From: Armatimonadota bacterium
GTDB taxonomy: Bacteria; Armatimonadota; UBA5829; DTLH01
Length of the DNA: 64,000 bases
Assembly: GCA_038207085.1 (NCBI GenBank)
Contig: JBBRAE010000002.1
Span: 128,001 to 192,000 of the forward strand
Reading direction: 5' to 3'
Shown here: piece after piece, positions 28,337 to 38,392 of the stretch
Position numbering within the stretch: the stretch's first letter is position 1
Layout of the letters: every line of letters begins with the position of its first letter
Notes under the pieces: model-generated
The model's input: the letters and a program-made list of their open reading frames with translations, nothing else
Databases searched by the model: none
What the model was told of the DNA's origin: nothing
Made by a program: the position numbers and the translations under genes

Positions 28337-28927
28337 TTGAACAAGAAACTCACAATCGCGCTCGCCGCAGTGGTGGGCATTTCAGGGCTTGCCGCAGTGG
28401 CCCAGACCGATCCGAACACGCAGCCGGGGCCGCCGCCACAGCGCATGATGGGGCCTGCGTGTCCGACATCGGCGCTTATGGTGCCGCCGCCCATGTTCAC
28501 TGAACGGGCTCCGAGCATTCTACAGCTCTCCGAAGCCCAGCGTATACAGCTAAAGGATATTCTGACCAAAGCGCAGGAGTCCCTGAAGCCGCTCCGCGAG
28601 TCGGCGTCCAAGGCATCGGGCGAGCTACGTGACGCGGTCATGGCCCCTGAGTCCGATGCTGCGAAGGTCCAGTCGCTCAAGGAAACTGCAATGAAGAGCG
28701 AGGCCGATGTTCTCAATATGGAGATAGGCATCTGGACCAAGTTCAAGGCGGTCTTGAACGCAGAGCAGCTCATGATGTACACGAACCTGTTCCGCCCCAC
28801 TCCCAGGCAGAGCCCTCCTCCCGTAGGCGGCACGCCGGGGCAGCAGTCGCCTGGAATCACAGGCAAGGTAGACCCGAACTCCCAGCCCGTGCCGGTGGAG
28901 CCCCCTCCTCCAGCACCTGGTCAGTAA
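28337..28927 (+). CDS. Spy/CpxP-like periplasmic protein
   Basis: GAGGAGG RBS before TTG; signal peptide; LQLSEAQ...VLNAEQ (LTXXQ-like) motifs; Pro-rich tail. Confidence 0.7.
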   Translation: MNKKLTIALAAVVGISGLAAVAQTDPNTQPGPPPQRMMGPACPTSALMVPPPMFTERAPSILQLSEAQRIQLKDILTKAQESLKPLRESASKASGELRDAVMAPESDAAKVQSLKETAMKSEADVLNMEIGIWTKFKAVLNAEQLMMYTNLFRPTPRQSPPPVGGTPGQQSPGITGKVDPNSQPVPVEPPPPAPGQ

Positions 28928-28935
28928 TCAGTAAT

Positions 28936-28977
28936 AACAAAAGAGGCGTCGACCATGCGGCCTACGCCTCTTTTGTT
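28936..28977. terminator. Bidirectional terminator between convergent genes
   Basis: aacaaaagaggcgt...acgcctcttttgtt. Confidence 0.8.
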
Positions 28978-28996
28978 GCAAATCCAATAACGCGGG

Positions 28997-30004
28997 CTAA
29001 ACGACCAGCACCCTCTCACCTTTTTTGGAGCTTTCCATCGCCGCAAAGACCATCGCAAGCGACTTGATGTTGTCGTGGCACTCGGTCTGGGGTTTCTTGC
29101 CGGTCCGCAGGAAGTCGAGCATCTCGCGGAGCGCTCCGTGCTGCGCCCCGAACTCGAGGTTGGACTGGGTGATCTGCGCATCGGCAAGCTGCCTGGTGAA
29201 ACCTTCGTCGCTCGTGACGACTTGTCCCCGTGGGTCGTTGTCGTGCTCGTAGATCAGTGTTCCCAAGTCACCGATGATCCTCCAGTCGCCGTTCCAGCTC
29301 GTGTGGCAGCCCTCGGCGCACCAGCTCCCCCTGTAGGTGAACACCACGCCGTCGGTCATCTCAAAGATACAGCTTGCGGCGACGTCGCCTTTATACCAGG
29401 AGCCTTTGGGGTTAAACTCGTGAGCGTAGACGGCGACTGGGTCGAGCCCGGTCATAAAGCGCACGAGGTCGAAGTGGTGGATCGCCATATCGAGAATAAG
29501 CGGGCTCGGCATCTCGTCGCGGAACCCTCCGAAGTGCGCGCCGATGTAAAAGTCGCAGTTGGCGGTGGTGATCGATCCGAACTCACCGGACTCCACCGTC
29601 AGGCGGATGGTATCGTGCTTGGCGTCCCACCTGCGCGACTGGCCGACCATATACATAAGCCCGGTTTCTTCGGCGGTTTTCACCATCCGGCGCGCTTCGT
29701 CCATACTGTTTGCCATCGGTTTTTCGCCGATGACATGGCACCCAGCCTGCAGCGCGGTGCATGTGACCTCGCAGTGGGCATCGGGAATGGTGACGTCGAC
29801 TACAAAGTCGGGTTTGGTGTCATCAAGCGCCGACTTCAAGTCACTTGAGGCAATCGCCTGCAGATTGAACTGCGCGATCTTATCCTTGGCCGCATCAACG
29901 TTGATATCGACGACGCCGACGACCTCGATGCCTTCCTTTTCAAGCACAGAAAACCATGCGTGTGACATGCCCCCCGCGCCGATAACTAAAGCTTTCTCGC
30001 TCAA
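28997..30004 (-). CDS. Gfo/Idh/MocA family oxidoreductase
   Basis: VIGAGGM, HVIGEKPMA, LDMAIHHFD. Confidence 0.92.
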   Translation of the reverse strand: MSEKALVIGAGGMSHAWFSVLEKEGIEVVGVVDINVDAAKDKIAQFNLQAIASSDLKSALDDTKPDFVVDVTIPDAHCEVTCTALQAGCHVIGEKPMANSMDEARRMVKTAEETGLMYMVGQSRRWDAKHDTIRLTVESGEFGSITTANCDFYIGAHFGGFRDEMPSPLILDMAIHHFDLVRFMTGLDPVAVYAHEFNPKGSWYKGDVAASCIFEMTDGVVFTYRGSWCAEGCHTSWNGDWRIIGDLGTLIYEHDNDPRGQVVTSDEGFTRQLADAQITQSNLEFGAQHGALREMLDFLRTGKKPQTECHDNIKSLAMVFAAMESSKKGERVLVV

Positions 30005-30128
30005 AATTTGTGCTCCTAACTAGTGCACGCTAGAACTTAATCCTGCGCGTATGCCGCAGCATGTGTTTTCGCGTGCGAGGCCTTGTAGATAGATGTGTGG
30101 AATCTAACACATATAGGTTAATCCAACA

Positions 30129-30385
30129 CTAGCGATAAATATCTCGCCTGTGACCTATGCGCAAAACAGTGACTGATGGCTCCAAATCGTCTATGTCGTA
30201 GATGACTCGGTAGTCGCCGATGCGGAGTCGCCAACCATCGCGTCCAACCAGTTGGCGAGATTGTGGCGGCCGTGGATCATTCGCAAGGGCAAAAATGGAC
30301 TCCTTGACCCTTATATAGACTTTCGCAGGCAGATCGGCAAGCTCTTCCGCGCTCTGCGCGTTACAAGTAATCGATGCTGGCTCAC
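30129..30385 (-). pseudogene. relE: RelE/ParE-family toxin with a 1-nt frameshift
   Basis: GTG frame gives MSQHRLLVTRRARK then stops early; shifted frame gives ELADLP...DPRP...WRLRIGDYRVIY...IGHRRDIYR*; 257 nt total. Confidence 0.85.
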
Positions 30386-30585
30386 TTCTTCGAGTGCTCT
30401 ATCTCTTCGATGGCCTGGTCAAATGGGATGATTTCGTCTTTGCAGGCTTTTGCCTCGTCGTACGCGCGGACCGACTGTAGTTCATCTATCTGATCGAGCA
30501 TTCTTTGGTATTCTGCGCTGTCCAGAATCACACTGACCCGTTTTCCATTTTCATTGACTATAAACTTCTCTTTGGATCTAGGCAT
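30382..30585 (-). CDS. Antitoxin of the relE module
   Basis: FIVNENGKRVSVIL...EY...YDEAK...IPFDQA; GTGA overlap with toxin; GGAGG RBS. Confidence 0.8.
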   Translation of the reverse strand: MPRSKEKFIVNENGKRVSVILDSAEYQRMLDQIDELQSVRAYDEAKACKDEIIPFDQAIEEIEHSKK

Positions 30586-30607
30586 TGCCAAACCCTCCAA
30601 CGCGGAC

Positions 30608-30626
30608 ATTGTAGCACAACGCTACA
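30608..30626 (-). promoter_or_regulatory. Extended -10 (TGcTACAAT) overlapped by operator palindrome TGTAGC-N5-GCTACA
   Basis: Directly upstream of the antitoxin RBS; typical TA autorepression layout. Confidence 0.6.
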
Positions 30627-30651
30627 GATCACACAACGAAATATTTGCTAT

Positions 30652-30711
30652 CCCGCTTTATTCGTGAAGCGAATAAAGCTTTCTATTCACGCTCCTCGTG
30701 AATAATGCAGG
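30652..30711 (+). mobile_element. MITE copy 3 (60 bp, internally deleted)
   Basis: Same termini; CTAT direct repeats, one containing the GH94 stop codon. Confidence 0.75.
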
Positions 30712-33138
30712 CTATCCCATCTCGACTGTGACTTCATGCACCTTCATGTCCTGAAAATCGGGGACCGCGTGGCCGTGGCGGACGGTTTTGCCGTCGACGG
30801 TCATCTTGCGCACGCCGCGTTCGACGCCTGTGGGGTTGTGGACCGCTATTCGGTAGATGGCCTCGCGGAACGGGCGGATCATAGAAAACTCGCGCCAGTC
30901 GGGGGGGACACAGGGGTCGATGCGCAGGCCGGGGTAGTCGGGGCGAACGCCGAGGATCCAGTCCGTCATCATCCGCCAGACCCACGACGCGACCCCAGGG
31001 GGCCAGGAAGAGTCCGACCTGCCAAGCTCGCCTGATCCCGGACCGCGCAGGAACTCGACGTGGGTGTAGGGCTCGCCGTCGTAATCACTGCCAAGAGACC
31101 GAACCGATGGCATAAGCTCCCGAAGCGCCGCATGCGCCCGCGCGCCACCTCCCAGAATACACTCGGTCATCACCAGCCACGCGCCGGAGATCGTTGATAT
31201 TCCACCATTGTCGCGCAGTCCCGGTCTGTAGCGGGTGATCGTGCCGATGTGCCTGTCGGGACGCACGTAGGGCGGGTCTAGGGTTGTGGGCCCGAGGTCG
31301 GTCCGCAGCCGGTCCCTCACGCTTGCCATTACGGCCTCAGTGCGAGCGGGGTTTGCGGCCCCTGAGATGATCGACCATATCTGTGGGAGAAGATACAGGC
31401 GGGAAACCGCGCCCGCGCCGCTTCCGATGGGGTCTTTGCGGTCGTCGGTTGCGCGCAGGTACCAGGCCCCGTCCCAGGCGTGGGTGTTTATGCGCCTTGA
31501 TATCTCGCGGCTCTTGGCGTTCCAGACCCGGGCGCGGGTGCGGTCGTCCCTCAAGGTCGCGACCACTGCGGCCTCTGAGAGCGCCCAGGCGGCCATCATC
31601 GAGGTGAGCACGCTTTCGCCCACGCCTTCGGCCCCGGCTTGGTCGAGGTCGTCGTTCCAGTCGCCGGGCCCGACCAGCGACAGCCCGCGCGGGCTCATCT
31701 GAGAAAGCAGAAACTCGATCGCCCGGATCATGTGCTCGTAGATCGACGCGGGGCTTTGGCTGTAGTAGTATTTGGTGCGGTCGTTCAAAAAGTCGAGGTC
31801 GCCGGTTTCTTTCAAGTAACTCGTCACTGCGAAAATGAGCCATACTGCGTCGTCAAGGTGCCCGGTGCGCGTCCCTACGTCGCTTCGCGGTTCCCAGTTG
31901 TGGACCGCGCTTCCGTCCCTGTGCTGGTGCTGGATGATCTCGACCAGACGGAGCTTCCCAGCGTAGGGGTCCATCGGCAGGATCCCGAGGATGTCGTAGC
32001 AGGTCTCGCGGAAGTTCACGACAGACGCCCCGTCCCGCGCCGGGCTTGCGAGCCCGTGGGTCTGCGAGGATATCCACGCGCCGTATTTGTCCCAGATATT
32101 CACCGCTCGGTTGATCTCAGCGTCCGGGGTATCTACCGTTACTTTGGACGTGATCCCGTCCCAGAACCTTCGAAGCGCGGTGAGCTTTTCGTCGACTATT
32201 CCAGGGTCCGTATAGCGGGCGACAACGCCTGATGGGTCGTCCTTGTGGAGCGTCACCCCGACAAAGACGTCAAACTCGACGCTTCCTCCAGCCGGGATGG
32301 TAAGCCGGGTCGAAAGCGCACCGGCCACATCGCGCCCATCGCCGTCGGAGTTGGAGCACGTGCCGCGCGTGACCGCTTCGGGGCGCGTGATGTCGCCGTA
32401 CTGCCCGAGAAAGGCCTCTCTGCTGCAGTCGAACCCCTCGACCGGGAGGCCCATCGCGATAAACGCCCACTTGCCCCAGGCCTGGTTTGCGCTGAGCGTT
32501 TCGGGGATGAACTTGGGTCCCCCCGCCGCCTTGGTCTCTTTCAGGGTGACGCTTGCCGAGTCCGGACGCCGCCACAAATGCTTGGTGGCATAGACATAGC
32601 TGTCCTGGAAGCCCGATTCGTTGAAAGTGTTGGAAACTTCGCGCACAAGGAGGTCGTCGTAGGATGTGCCAAGCGTCCACTCGACGTAGGCAAAGACGGA
32701 GAGGTCGGCCTCGGTCTTTCGGGTGTTTTCAACCTTCACGCGCCATATCTCAAGGTTGTCGTCAAGCGGGACAAAGTAGGTGATGCGCCCGACGATCCCT
32801 TCGACCGTTGACGCAACAGTCGTCTCACCGAGCCCATGCCTGCACTCGAACCAATCGTAGTCGTGTCTGACGGGCTGCCAGCCGACGCTCCAGAAGTCTG
32901 TGCTTGCGTTGTCCCTGATGAAGATGTACCGCCCCGGTCTGTCGCTTTGTGCGGAGTCGGGGTCGGCGCGGGTGATGCGGTCATACCCCGGCCCGCCGAT
33001 AAAGGAGTACCCTCCGCCGGTCTGTGAGACGACCGCCGAGTACGAGCCGTTGGTCAGGATATTGACCCAGGGCCTGGGGGTATCGGGCCGCGTGATGACG
33101 TACTCCCGCCCGTTTTCAGAGAAGTGACCGTAGTTCAT
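30712..33138 (-). CDS. GH94 (cellobiose/chitobiose phosphorylase-like) protein with divergent phosphate site
   Basis: YGHFS...EYVIT.PDTPRPWVN, CRHGLG, DDAVW, GDWND, GLRIDPCVPPDW. Confidence 0.85.
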   Translation of the reverse strand: MNYGHFSENGREYVITRPDTPRPWVNILTNGSYSAVVSQTGGGYSFIGGPGYDRITRADPDSAQSDRPGRYIFIRDNASTDFWSVGWQPVRHDYDWFECRHGLGETTVASTVEGIVGRITYFVPLDDNLEIWRVKVENTRKTEADLSVFAYVEWTLGTSYDDLLVREVSNTFNESGFQDSYVYATKHLWRRPDSASVTLKETKAAGGPKFIPETLSANQAWGKWAFIAMGLPVEGFDCSREAFLGQYGDITRPEAVTRGTCSNSDGDGRDVAGALSTRLTIPAGGSVEFDVFVGVTLHKDDPSGVVARYTDPGIVDEKLTALRRFWDGITSKVTVDTPDAEINRAVNIWDKYGAWISSQTHGLASPARDGASVVNFRETCYDILGILPMDPYAGKLRLVEIIQHQHRDGSAVHNWEPRSDVGTRTGHLDDAVWLIFAVTSYLKETGDLDFLNDRTKYYYSQSPASIYEHMIRAIEFLLSQMSPRGLSLVGPGDWNDDLDQAGAEGVGESVLTSMMAAWALSEAAVVATLRDDRTRARVWNAKSREISRRINTHAWDGAWYLRATDDRKDPIGSGAGAVSRLYLLPQIWSIISGAANPARTEAVMASVRDRLRTDLGPTTLDPPYVRPDRHIGTITRYRPGLRDNGGISTISGAWLVMTECILGGGARAHAALRELMPSVRSLGSDYDGEPYTHVEFLRGPGSGELGRSDSSWPPGVASWVWRMMTDWILGVRPDYPGLRIDPCVPPDWREFSMIRPFREAIYRIAVHNPTGVERGVRKMTVDGKTVRHGHAVPDFQDMKVHEVTVEMG

Positions 33139-33404
33139 GAGGTTCTCTTACCCATCTATACGGCAAATTCTACGTTTTTCGGGAAAGATCGCGCCTCAAT
33201 GTTGGGTAATCTACACACAGGGAGATACGATTATGGCAGGCGGCGAAGATACTCTCGTGGAACGGAGCCCGCCCTTTTTTCTCGCTGTTGCGTCTACCAG
33301 GAGAAGCAGTCTAACTGCAATAATCTGGCTTGCAGTTGATCTCAAATCTGAATAGAATCCGGTTACATAATTGCGTTGAGCGGGAGAGGCGAAATATCCC
33401 AATA

Positions 33405-33446
33405 AACAGTGAAGAGCCCAGACATTAGCGTCTGGGCCCTTCTGTT
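33405..33446 (-). terminator. Hairpin after the RND operon
   Basis: gaagagcccagac-attagc-gtctgggcccttc. Confidence 0.6.
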
Positions 33447-33472
33447 AGTGTTCCATTATCAAGCGCGGTTCG

Positions 33473-36400
33473 TTACTCTGGCACGCGGTCGCTTTCTTCC
33501 ACAATTGGAGTCTCCGCGGTGTGTCCGTTGCCGGAGACTTTCTCGCCCTCTGCCGTATAGACGACTTTTTTCGGGTGCTTGCGGAGCCTCTTGTGAAGCA
33601 CGTTGCGAGCCCCGGTCATCCAGTCATCGATGATCGAGTAGAACGTTGGGATGACCAGGAGCGTCAGGAGCGTCGAGAGAATCAACCCACCGATAACCGT
33701 GATAGCCAACGGCGCTCGCTGCTCACTTCCCTTGGACAGGGCAAGCGCGGTCGGGAGCATTCCTCCGACCATCGCAAGGGTGGTCATCAGAATCGGTCGG
33801 AGCCTGGTCGGCCCCGCCTCAAGGATCGCCTCTGTCCGGCTCTTGCCGCGTTCCCTAAGTGTGTTGGTGTAGTCGACCAACAGAATCGCGTTCTTGGTCA
33901 CAAGGCCGATCAACATGATAATACCGATCATCGTGATAATCGACATGTTGTTGCCGGTCAGCATAAGCGCCAGAAGCGCCCCGATCATAGCCTGCGGCAG
34001 GCTGAACATGATCACAAGCGGAGTGACGAAGCTCTCAAAGAGCGCGCCCATCAGCATGTAGACAAGCACAATCGCAAGTATAAGCGCGCTGACCATATAG
34101 CCGAAGCTCTCTGCCATGATCTGCGAGGTTCCACCGGTGTTGATCCTGGCCGTTCCCATAGGTACCGCCTTTACGACCTTGTCGACCGAGGTCTGTACCG
34201 CCTGCAGGTTCGCGCCGTAAGCGACGTTTCCACCTACGGTGATTACCCTCTGCCTGTCCTTGCGGTTGATTTTGTTCGGCGCTGCGGCAAGCGTTATGTC
34301 GGCCACGTCGCGTAGATAGATAGGCGCGCCGTTTTTGTGCCCGACTATGATGTTTGCCACGTCTCCCGTGCTTTGCCGGTCGAACTTGGCGAGCTGGACC
34401 CGGATGCCGTACTCCTCACCCTGATCTCTTAGCTTTGCCGTGTCGTTGCCTTCGATGCTTGTTCTGAGCGCGCCTGCGATTTGGCTTACGCTGACGCCCA
34501 TATCGGCGGCGCGCAGTCGGTCTACCCGCACCTGAAGCTCAGGCTTGCCAAGCTTCCAGGAGTTCTGAACGTCGACGATACCCGGCACCTTTTTGACCGC
34601 CGTCTCAAGCTCGCTTGAAACTCTCACGAGCTCGCCGAAGTTCGAGCCGGTCACTTCCATCTGCACCGGCTGGCCTCCCCCGACTGCGTCAGCAGCCGAA
34701 AGCCTGATCTGTCCGCCGGGGAGAAGCGCGGTCTGCTCGTTTAGATCGGTGACAATCTCATCGACCCGCTGCGGTCGCTCTGGGCCAAGGTCTTTTAGCT
34801 TCACCGAAATGCTCGCGTACTGCGGCCCGGAGTCTCCTCCGCCAAACACCGCCGACGCGCTCGATGAGCCGATCGTCGACTGATAGTACTCCATGCCCTT
34901 GACACGTTTCAGGATATTTTCGACTTTGCGCACGACCGCATCCGTCGAGTCAAGCCCGGACCCCGCCGGAAGCTCGATACTGGCTGAGAACGTGCCCTCA
35001 TCTACGTTCGGTATGAACTCCCCACCCAAGGGGAACTTGACGAACAGCAGGAGCAGCACCATAAGAGCGCTGAACCCGAGCGCGACTCCCCGGCCCTTTT
35101 TGTTCCACGCCGTTGCCAGGAGTGGCACGACCACGCTTAGCGCGATCAGCACTATTCGGGGCTTGCCAAGCAGCGGGGCAAGCAGTCCGAGCACGTCAAA
35201 GAGCGTAAGTACCCCGATGGTGATTACGAGTGGCCTGTTTTCAAGCGCCCACGCGAGCACTCCTCGGTAGCGGGCGTCAAGCGCGGTGTAGAAACGCTCG
35301 ATTGCCGCAAATATTCGCTTCATAAGGCCGCTTGCGCCAGTGACGGGAAGCGTCTCGTCGGTCTCCTCCTCTTCGTGGCTCTTAAGCCACCGGGAGGCAA
35401 GCATCGGCGTAAGGGTGAACGACATGAAGAGCGAGAAGAGTGTCGCAACAGCAACCGTTATACCAAACTGCCTGAAGAACTCTCCGACGATGCCGCCCAT
35501 AAAGGCGATCGGGACGAACACCACGACGTCGACGAGGGTGATCGTCACAGCCGCAAGCCCGATTTCGGATCGCCCCGTAAGAGCCGCCTGCATCGGAGCC
35601 TCGCCTCGGCGCACGTGGCGCTCGATATTTTCAAGAACAACGATCGAGTCGTCGACCAAAATACCGACGCAGAGCGAGAGCGCTAGAAGCGTCATCGTGT
35701 TCAGCGTAAAGCCAAATATCCACATCGGCAAGAACGTCGCGACAAGGGAGGTCGGGATCGCCGTCGCGACGATCATCGTCGCCCGTCCGCTGTGCAAGAA
35801 CAAAAAGACAATCAAAATGACGAGGATGATGCCTTCAAAGAGCGACTTGTTGACGTCCGAGAGCGCTTCTTTTACAAATACGGATTCGTCGGTCGTAACG
35901 ATCAGCTTGGTTCCTGTGGGGAACTGCCCCTGGATTTTCTTGCCGCTCTTGTCGGTGTAACCGTTTAGGAGATCTATCTCTTTCTTGACGGCGTCAGCGA
36001 CATCGACGGTGTTTGCATCGGACTGCTTCTGGATCGAGAGGATAACGCTGTCACGGCCGTTTAGCCGGGTCTTGGTCGTGTCCTCTTCCACCGTATCGGT
36101 TACAGTCGCAATGTCGCCCAGGCGGACGCTCCCGGCGTTGTCGTCGCTAAGTGCGATCTTGATGTTCTTGATCTCATCGGCATTTTTGAACTCACCGACC
36201 GTTCGCACGGCGTAGTCGCGGCTCTGTTTGCCGTTGGAGCCCTCTTTGATCGAGCCTGAAGGCAGGTTCAGGTTCTCGGATTTGAGCGCCTGGGCCACCT
36301 TGTCTATTGAAAGCCCGTAGGCCTGCAGGCGGTCGCCGTCGATCGCGACTGAGACCTCGCGCACCTGTCCGCCACTCACGTATACCGCGGCGACGCCCGT

Positions 36401-36901
36401 GGCGCGACTGAGCCTGTCTTTGATCGTGTTGTCGGCGAGTATACGCATGTCGCGCCCGGACTGGTTGCTCTCCAGGGCAAGCGTCAGGACCGGCTGCGCC
36501 GAGATATCGGCCTTGATGATCGAGGGCTCCTCAGCGTCGTCGGGAAGGTTTCCCCGCGCCGCTGAGAGCTTGTCGCGAACATCCGCCGCCGCCACATTTA
36601 CGTCTGTGCCGAGCTCGAACTCCATACCTACGGTCGACACCCCGTCCTGCGAGGTCGAGGTGATATGCTTCATGTTCGCCGTGCTGCCGACAGCCTCTTC
36701 AATGGGCTGGGAGACAAGTGTCTCGATTTCCTGAGGCCCCGCGCCCGGATACACCGTCACGACGGTGATGAACGGAAAGTCCACCTTGGGGTTTAGCTCC
36801 TTGCTCATCCTGGAATAGCCCTGGAGCCCAAGGATAATGAGCGCAAGCACCACCATCGTGATAAACACGGGCCGTCTTATACTTACATCAGTTAGCCACA
36901 T
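33473..36901 (-). CDS. RND efflux permease (AcrB/AcrD/AcrF family)
   Basis: SIRRPV, GILVDDSIVVLENI, KNAILLVD, RLRPILMT. Confidence 0.96.
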   Translation of the reverse strand: MWLTDVSIRRPVFITMVVLALIILGLQGYSRMSKELNPKVDFPFITVVTVYPGAGPQEIETLVSQPIEEAVGSTANMKHITSTSQDGVSTVGMEFELGTDVNVAAADVRDKLSAARGNLPDDAEEPSIIKADISAQPVLTLALESNQSGRDMRILADNTIKDRLSRATGVAAVYVSGGQVREVSVAIDGDRLQAYGLSIDKVAQALKSENLNLPSGSIKEGSNGKQSRDYAVRTVGEFKNADEIKNIKIALSDDNAGSVRLGDIATVTDTVEEDTTKTRLNGRDSVILSIQKQSDANTVDVADAVKKEIDLLNGYTDKSGKKIQGQFPTGTKLIVTTDESVFVKEALSDVNKSLFEGIILVILIVFLFLHSGRATMIVATAIPTSLVATFLPMWIFGFTLNTMTLLALSLCVGILVDDSIVVLENIERHVRRGEAPMQAALTGRSEIGLAAVTITLVDVVVFVPIAFMGGIVGEFFRQFGITVAVATLFSLFMSFTLTPMLASRWLKSHEEEETDETLPVTGASGLMKRIFAAIERFYTALDARYRGVLAWALENRPLVITIGVLTLFDVLGLLAPLLGKPRIVLIALSVVVPLLATAWNKKGRGVALGFSALMVLLLLFVKFPLGGEFIPNVDEGTFSASIELPAGSGLDSTDAVVRKVENILKRVKGMEYYQSTIGSSSASAVFGGGDSGPQYASISVKLKDLGPERPQRVDEIVTDLNEQTALLPGGQIRLSAADAVGGGQPVQMEVTGSNFGELVRVSSELETAVKKVPGIVDVQNSWKLGKPELQVRVDRLRAADMGVSVSQIAGALRTSIEGNDTAKLRDQGEEYGIRVQLAKFDRQSTGDVANIIVGHKNGAPIYLRDVADITLAAAPNKINRKDRQRVITVGGNVAYGANLQAVQTSVDKVVKAVPMGTARINTGGTSQIMAESFGYMVSALILAIVLVYMLMGALFESFVTPLVIMFSLPQAMIGALLALMLTGNNMSIITMIGIIMLIGLVTKNAILLVDYTNTLRERGKSRTEAILEAGPTRLRPILMTTLAMVGGMLPTALALSKGSEQRAPLAITVIGGLILSTLLTLLVIPTFYSIIDDWMTGARNVLHKRLRKHPKKVVYTAEGEKVSGNGHTAETPIVEESDRVPE

Positions 36902-36922
36902 ACAATATCTCCAGCAGGGGTC

Positions 36923-38392
36923 TTATCCCCCAACAAGCACCTTGTCGTTGTCCTGCAGCGCCTCGTGGCCTGAGGTGACGATCGTGTCGCCGGCTCTTAC
37001 GTCGGTCGGTGGGTTGACCTCCACAAACTGCGAGTTGGAGAGCCCACGGTTGATCGCGTTCAGCTTCGCCCGGGTCACACCTTTGGTGTCCTTGGCGACT
37101 GTGAACACGATATTTTGGCCGTTTCGCTCTTCAACCGCGTCTTGTGGAATGAGTATCGCCCCTTGCGTGCCTCCGGTGACGATCGCTCCGCGCGAGAACA
37201 TTCCGGGCCTGAGCGCATTACCCGGATTAGGTATATGTACCCTTACCCTGAAGTTTCGCGTGCCTGACTGCGCGGCGGGGTTGAGACTCTTTACCTTGCC
37301 GACAAATGTGCTGTCGGGGTAGGCGTCGACTTTCACGTCTACGGTCTGCCCCGGTTTCACCTTGGCGAGCACTGTCTCTGAGACGTCCGCCTCAAAGAAT
37401 ACGGTGCGCAGGCTGACAACGTTCATCAGCGGCGAAGTCGGCGCAACCGACTGTCCCGGGTCTACCATTCTCTGGCTTACCACCCCGTCGACGCTCGATC
37501 TGATAGCCGTATTTGCGAGCTGGTCCTGTGCAAGCGCGACTTGGGCCCTGGCCTGTGCGACCCCTGCCTGCGCCTGTCGAACGTCCTCGCGGCGAAGCGC
37601 GTTCTGCGAAGCGTTGGCCTTGGCGCTGATCAGACCCGATCTTGCCTGGATCACTGCCTCCTGAGCCTGACGTATGTCCTCGCTTCGCGCGCCCTCCACA
37701 ACAAGCGACAGGTTCTGCTTTGCCGTGTTGTAGGATGCCTGCGCGACATCGAACTGAGTCTGATAGACCTCAAGCTGAGCCTCGGCGACCGCTCCCTGAG
37801 CGTAGAGCTTCTTATAGCGGTTCAGGTTCGCCCGCGCGTTGTCGAGGTTCGCCTTGGCGGTCGCGACCTGGTTCTCGGCGATCAGCCGCTCCTGAGTGCG
37901 CGCACCGCCCCGGAGCTTTGCAAGATTGGCCTGGGCCGAGTCATAACCTGCCTGCGCCTGACTGATTGCGGCTCTTGACTGGATATCAGTCACGGAAACC
38001 GTCGTCCTTGCCTGCGATAGCCTGGCAAGCGCGGTCTGAAGCCCGGCCTGCGCCTGCCGCAGGTTCTCCTGGGAGTCGCCGGGGTCAAGCTGCACAAGCA
38101 CCTGTCCGCGCCGGACCGAATCGCCCTCGCGAACCGTCACAGCTGAGACCTTTCCGCCGATCTTGCTCGTCACCGTAGCCGAATCAAGCGCCTTGATGTT
38201 GCCGGTCACAGGGACGATATCGTTGATGCTCCCTACCTCGACCGGCGCCGTCTGAACCGGCGTGCCTACTTCTGCCTGTATCTGCTCGGTCGTCCTGACC
38301 ACTTTTTTGCGTCCTCGCACTGTCGCAATGCCGAACATCGCCACTACGACAAGCAGTATGAGTCCAACTGCAATTATTCGATTCCTGCTCAT
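36923..38392 (-). CDS. RND periplasmic adaptor (MFP) with long coiled coil
   Basis: N-terminal anchor; VREGDSVRRGQVL, IRSSVDGVV, LRPGMF. Confidence 0.93.
   Translation of the reverse strand: MSRNRIIAVGLILLVVVAMFGIATVRGRKKVVRTTEQIQAEVGTPVQTAPVEVGSINDIVPVTGNIKALDSATVTSKIGGKVSAVTVREGDSVRRGQVLVQLDPGDSQENLRQAQAGLQTALARLSQARTTVSVTDIQSRAAISQAQAGYDSAQANLAKLRGGARTQERLIAENQVATAKANLDNARANLNRYKKLYAQGAVAEAQLEVYQTQFDVAQASYNTAKQNLSLVVEGARSEDIRQAQEAVIQARSGLISAKANASQNALRREDVRQAQAGVAQARAQVALAQDQLANTAIRSSVDGVVSQRMVDPGQSVAPTSPLMNVVSLRTVFFEADVSETVLAKVKPGQTVDVKVDAYPDSTFVGKVKSLNPAAQSGTRNFRVRVHIPNPGNALRPGMFSRGAIVTGGTQGAILIPQDAVEERNGQNIVFTVAKDTKGVTRAKLNAINRGLSNSQFVEVNPPTDVRAGDTIVTSGHEALQDNDKVLVGG

Noticed and set aside
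28060..28866. 268-aa minus-strand ORF
   Set aside because: Antisense to the Spy/CpxP-like gene, which has the RBS, signal peptide and motifs.
33137..33402. Small ORFs between GH94 and the RND gene
   Set aside because: No recognisable features; likely promoter/terminator region.
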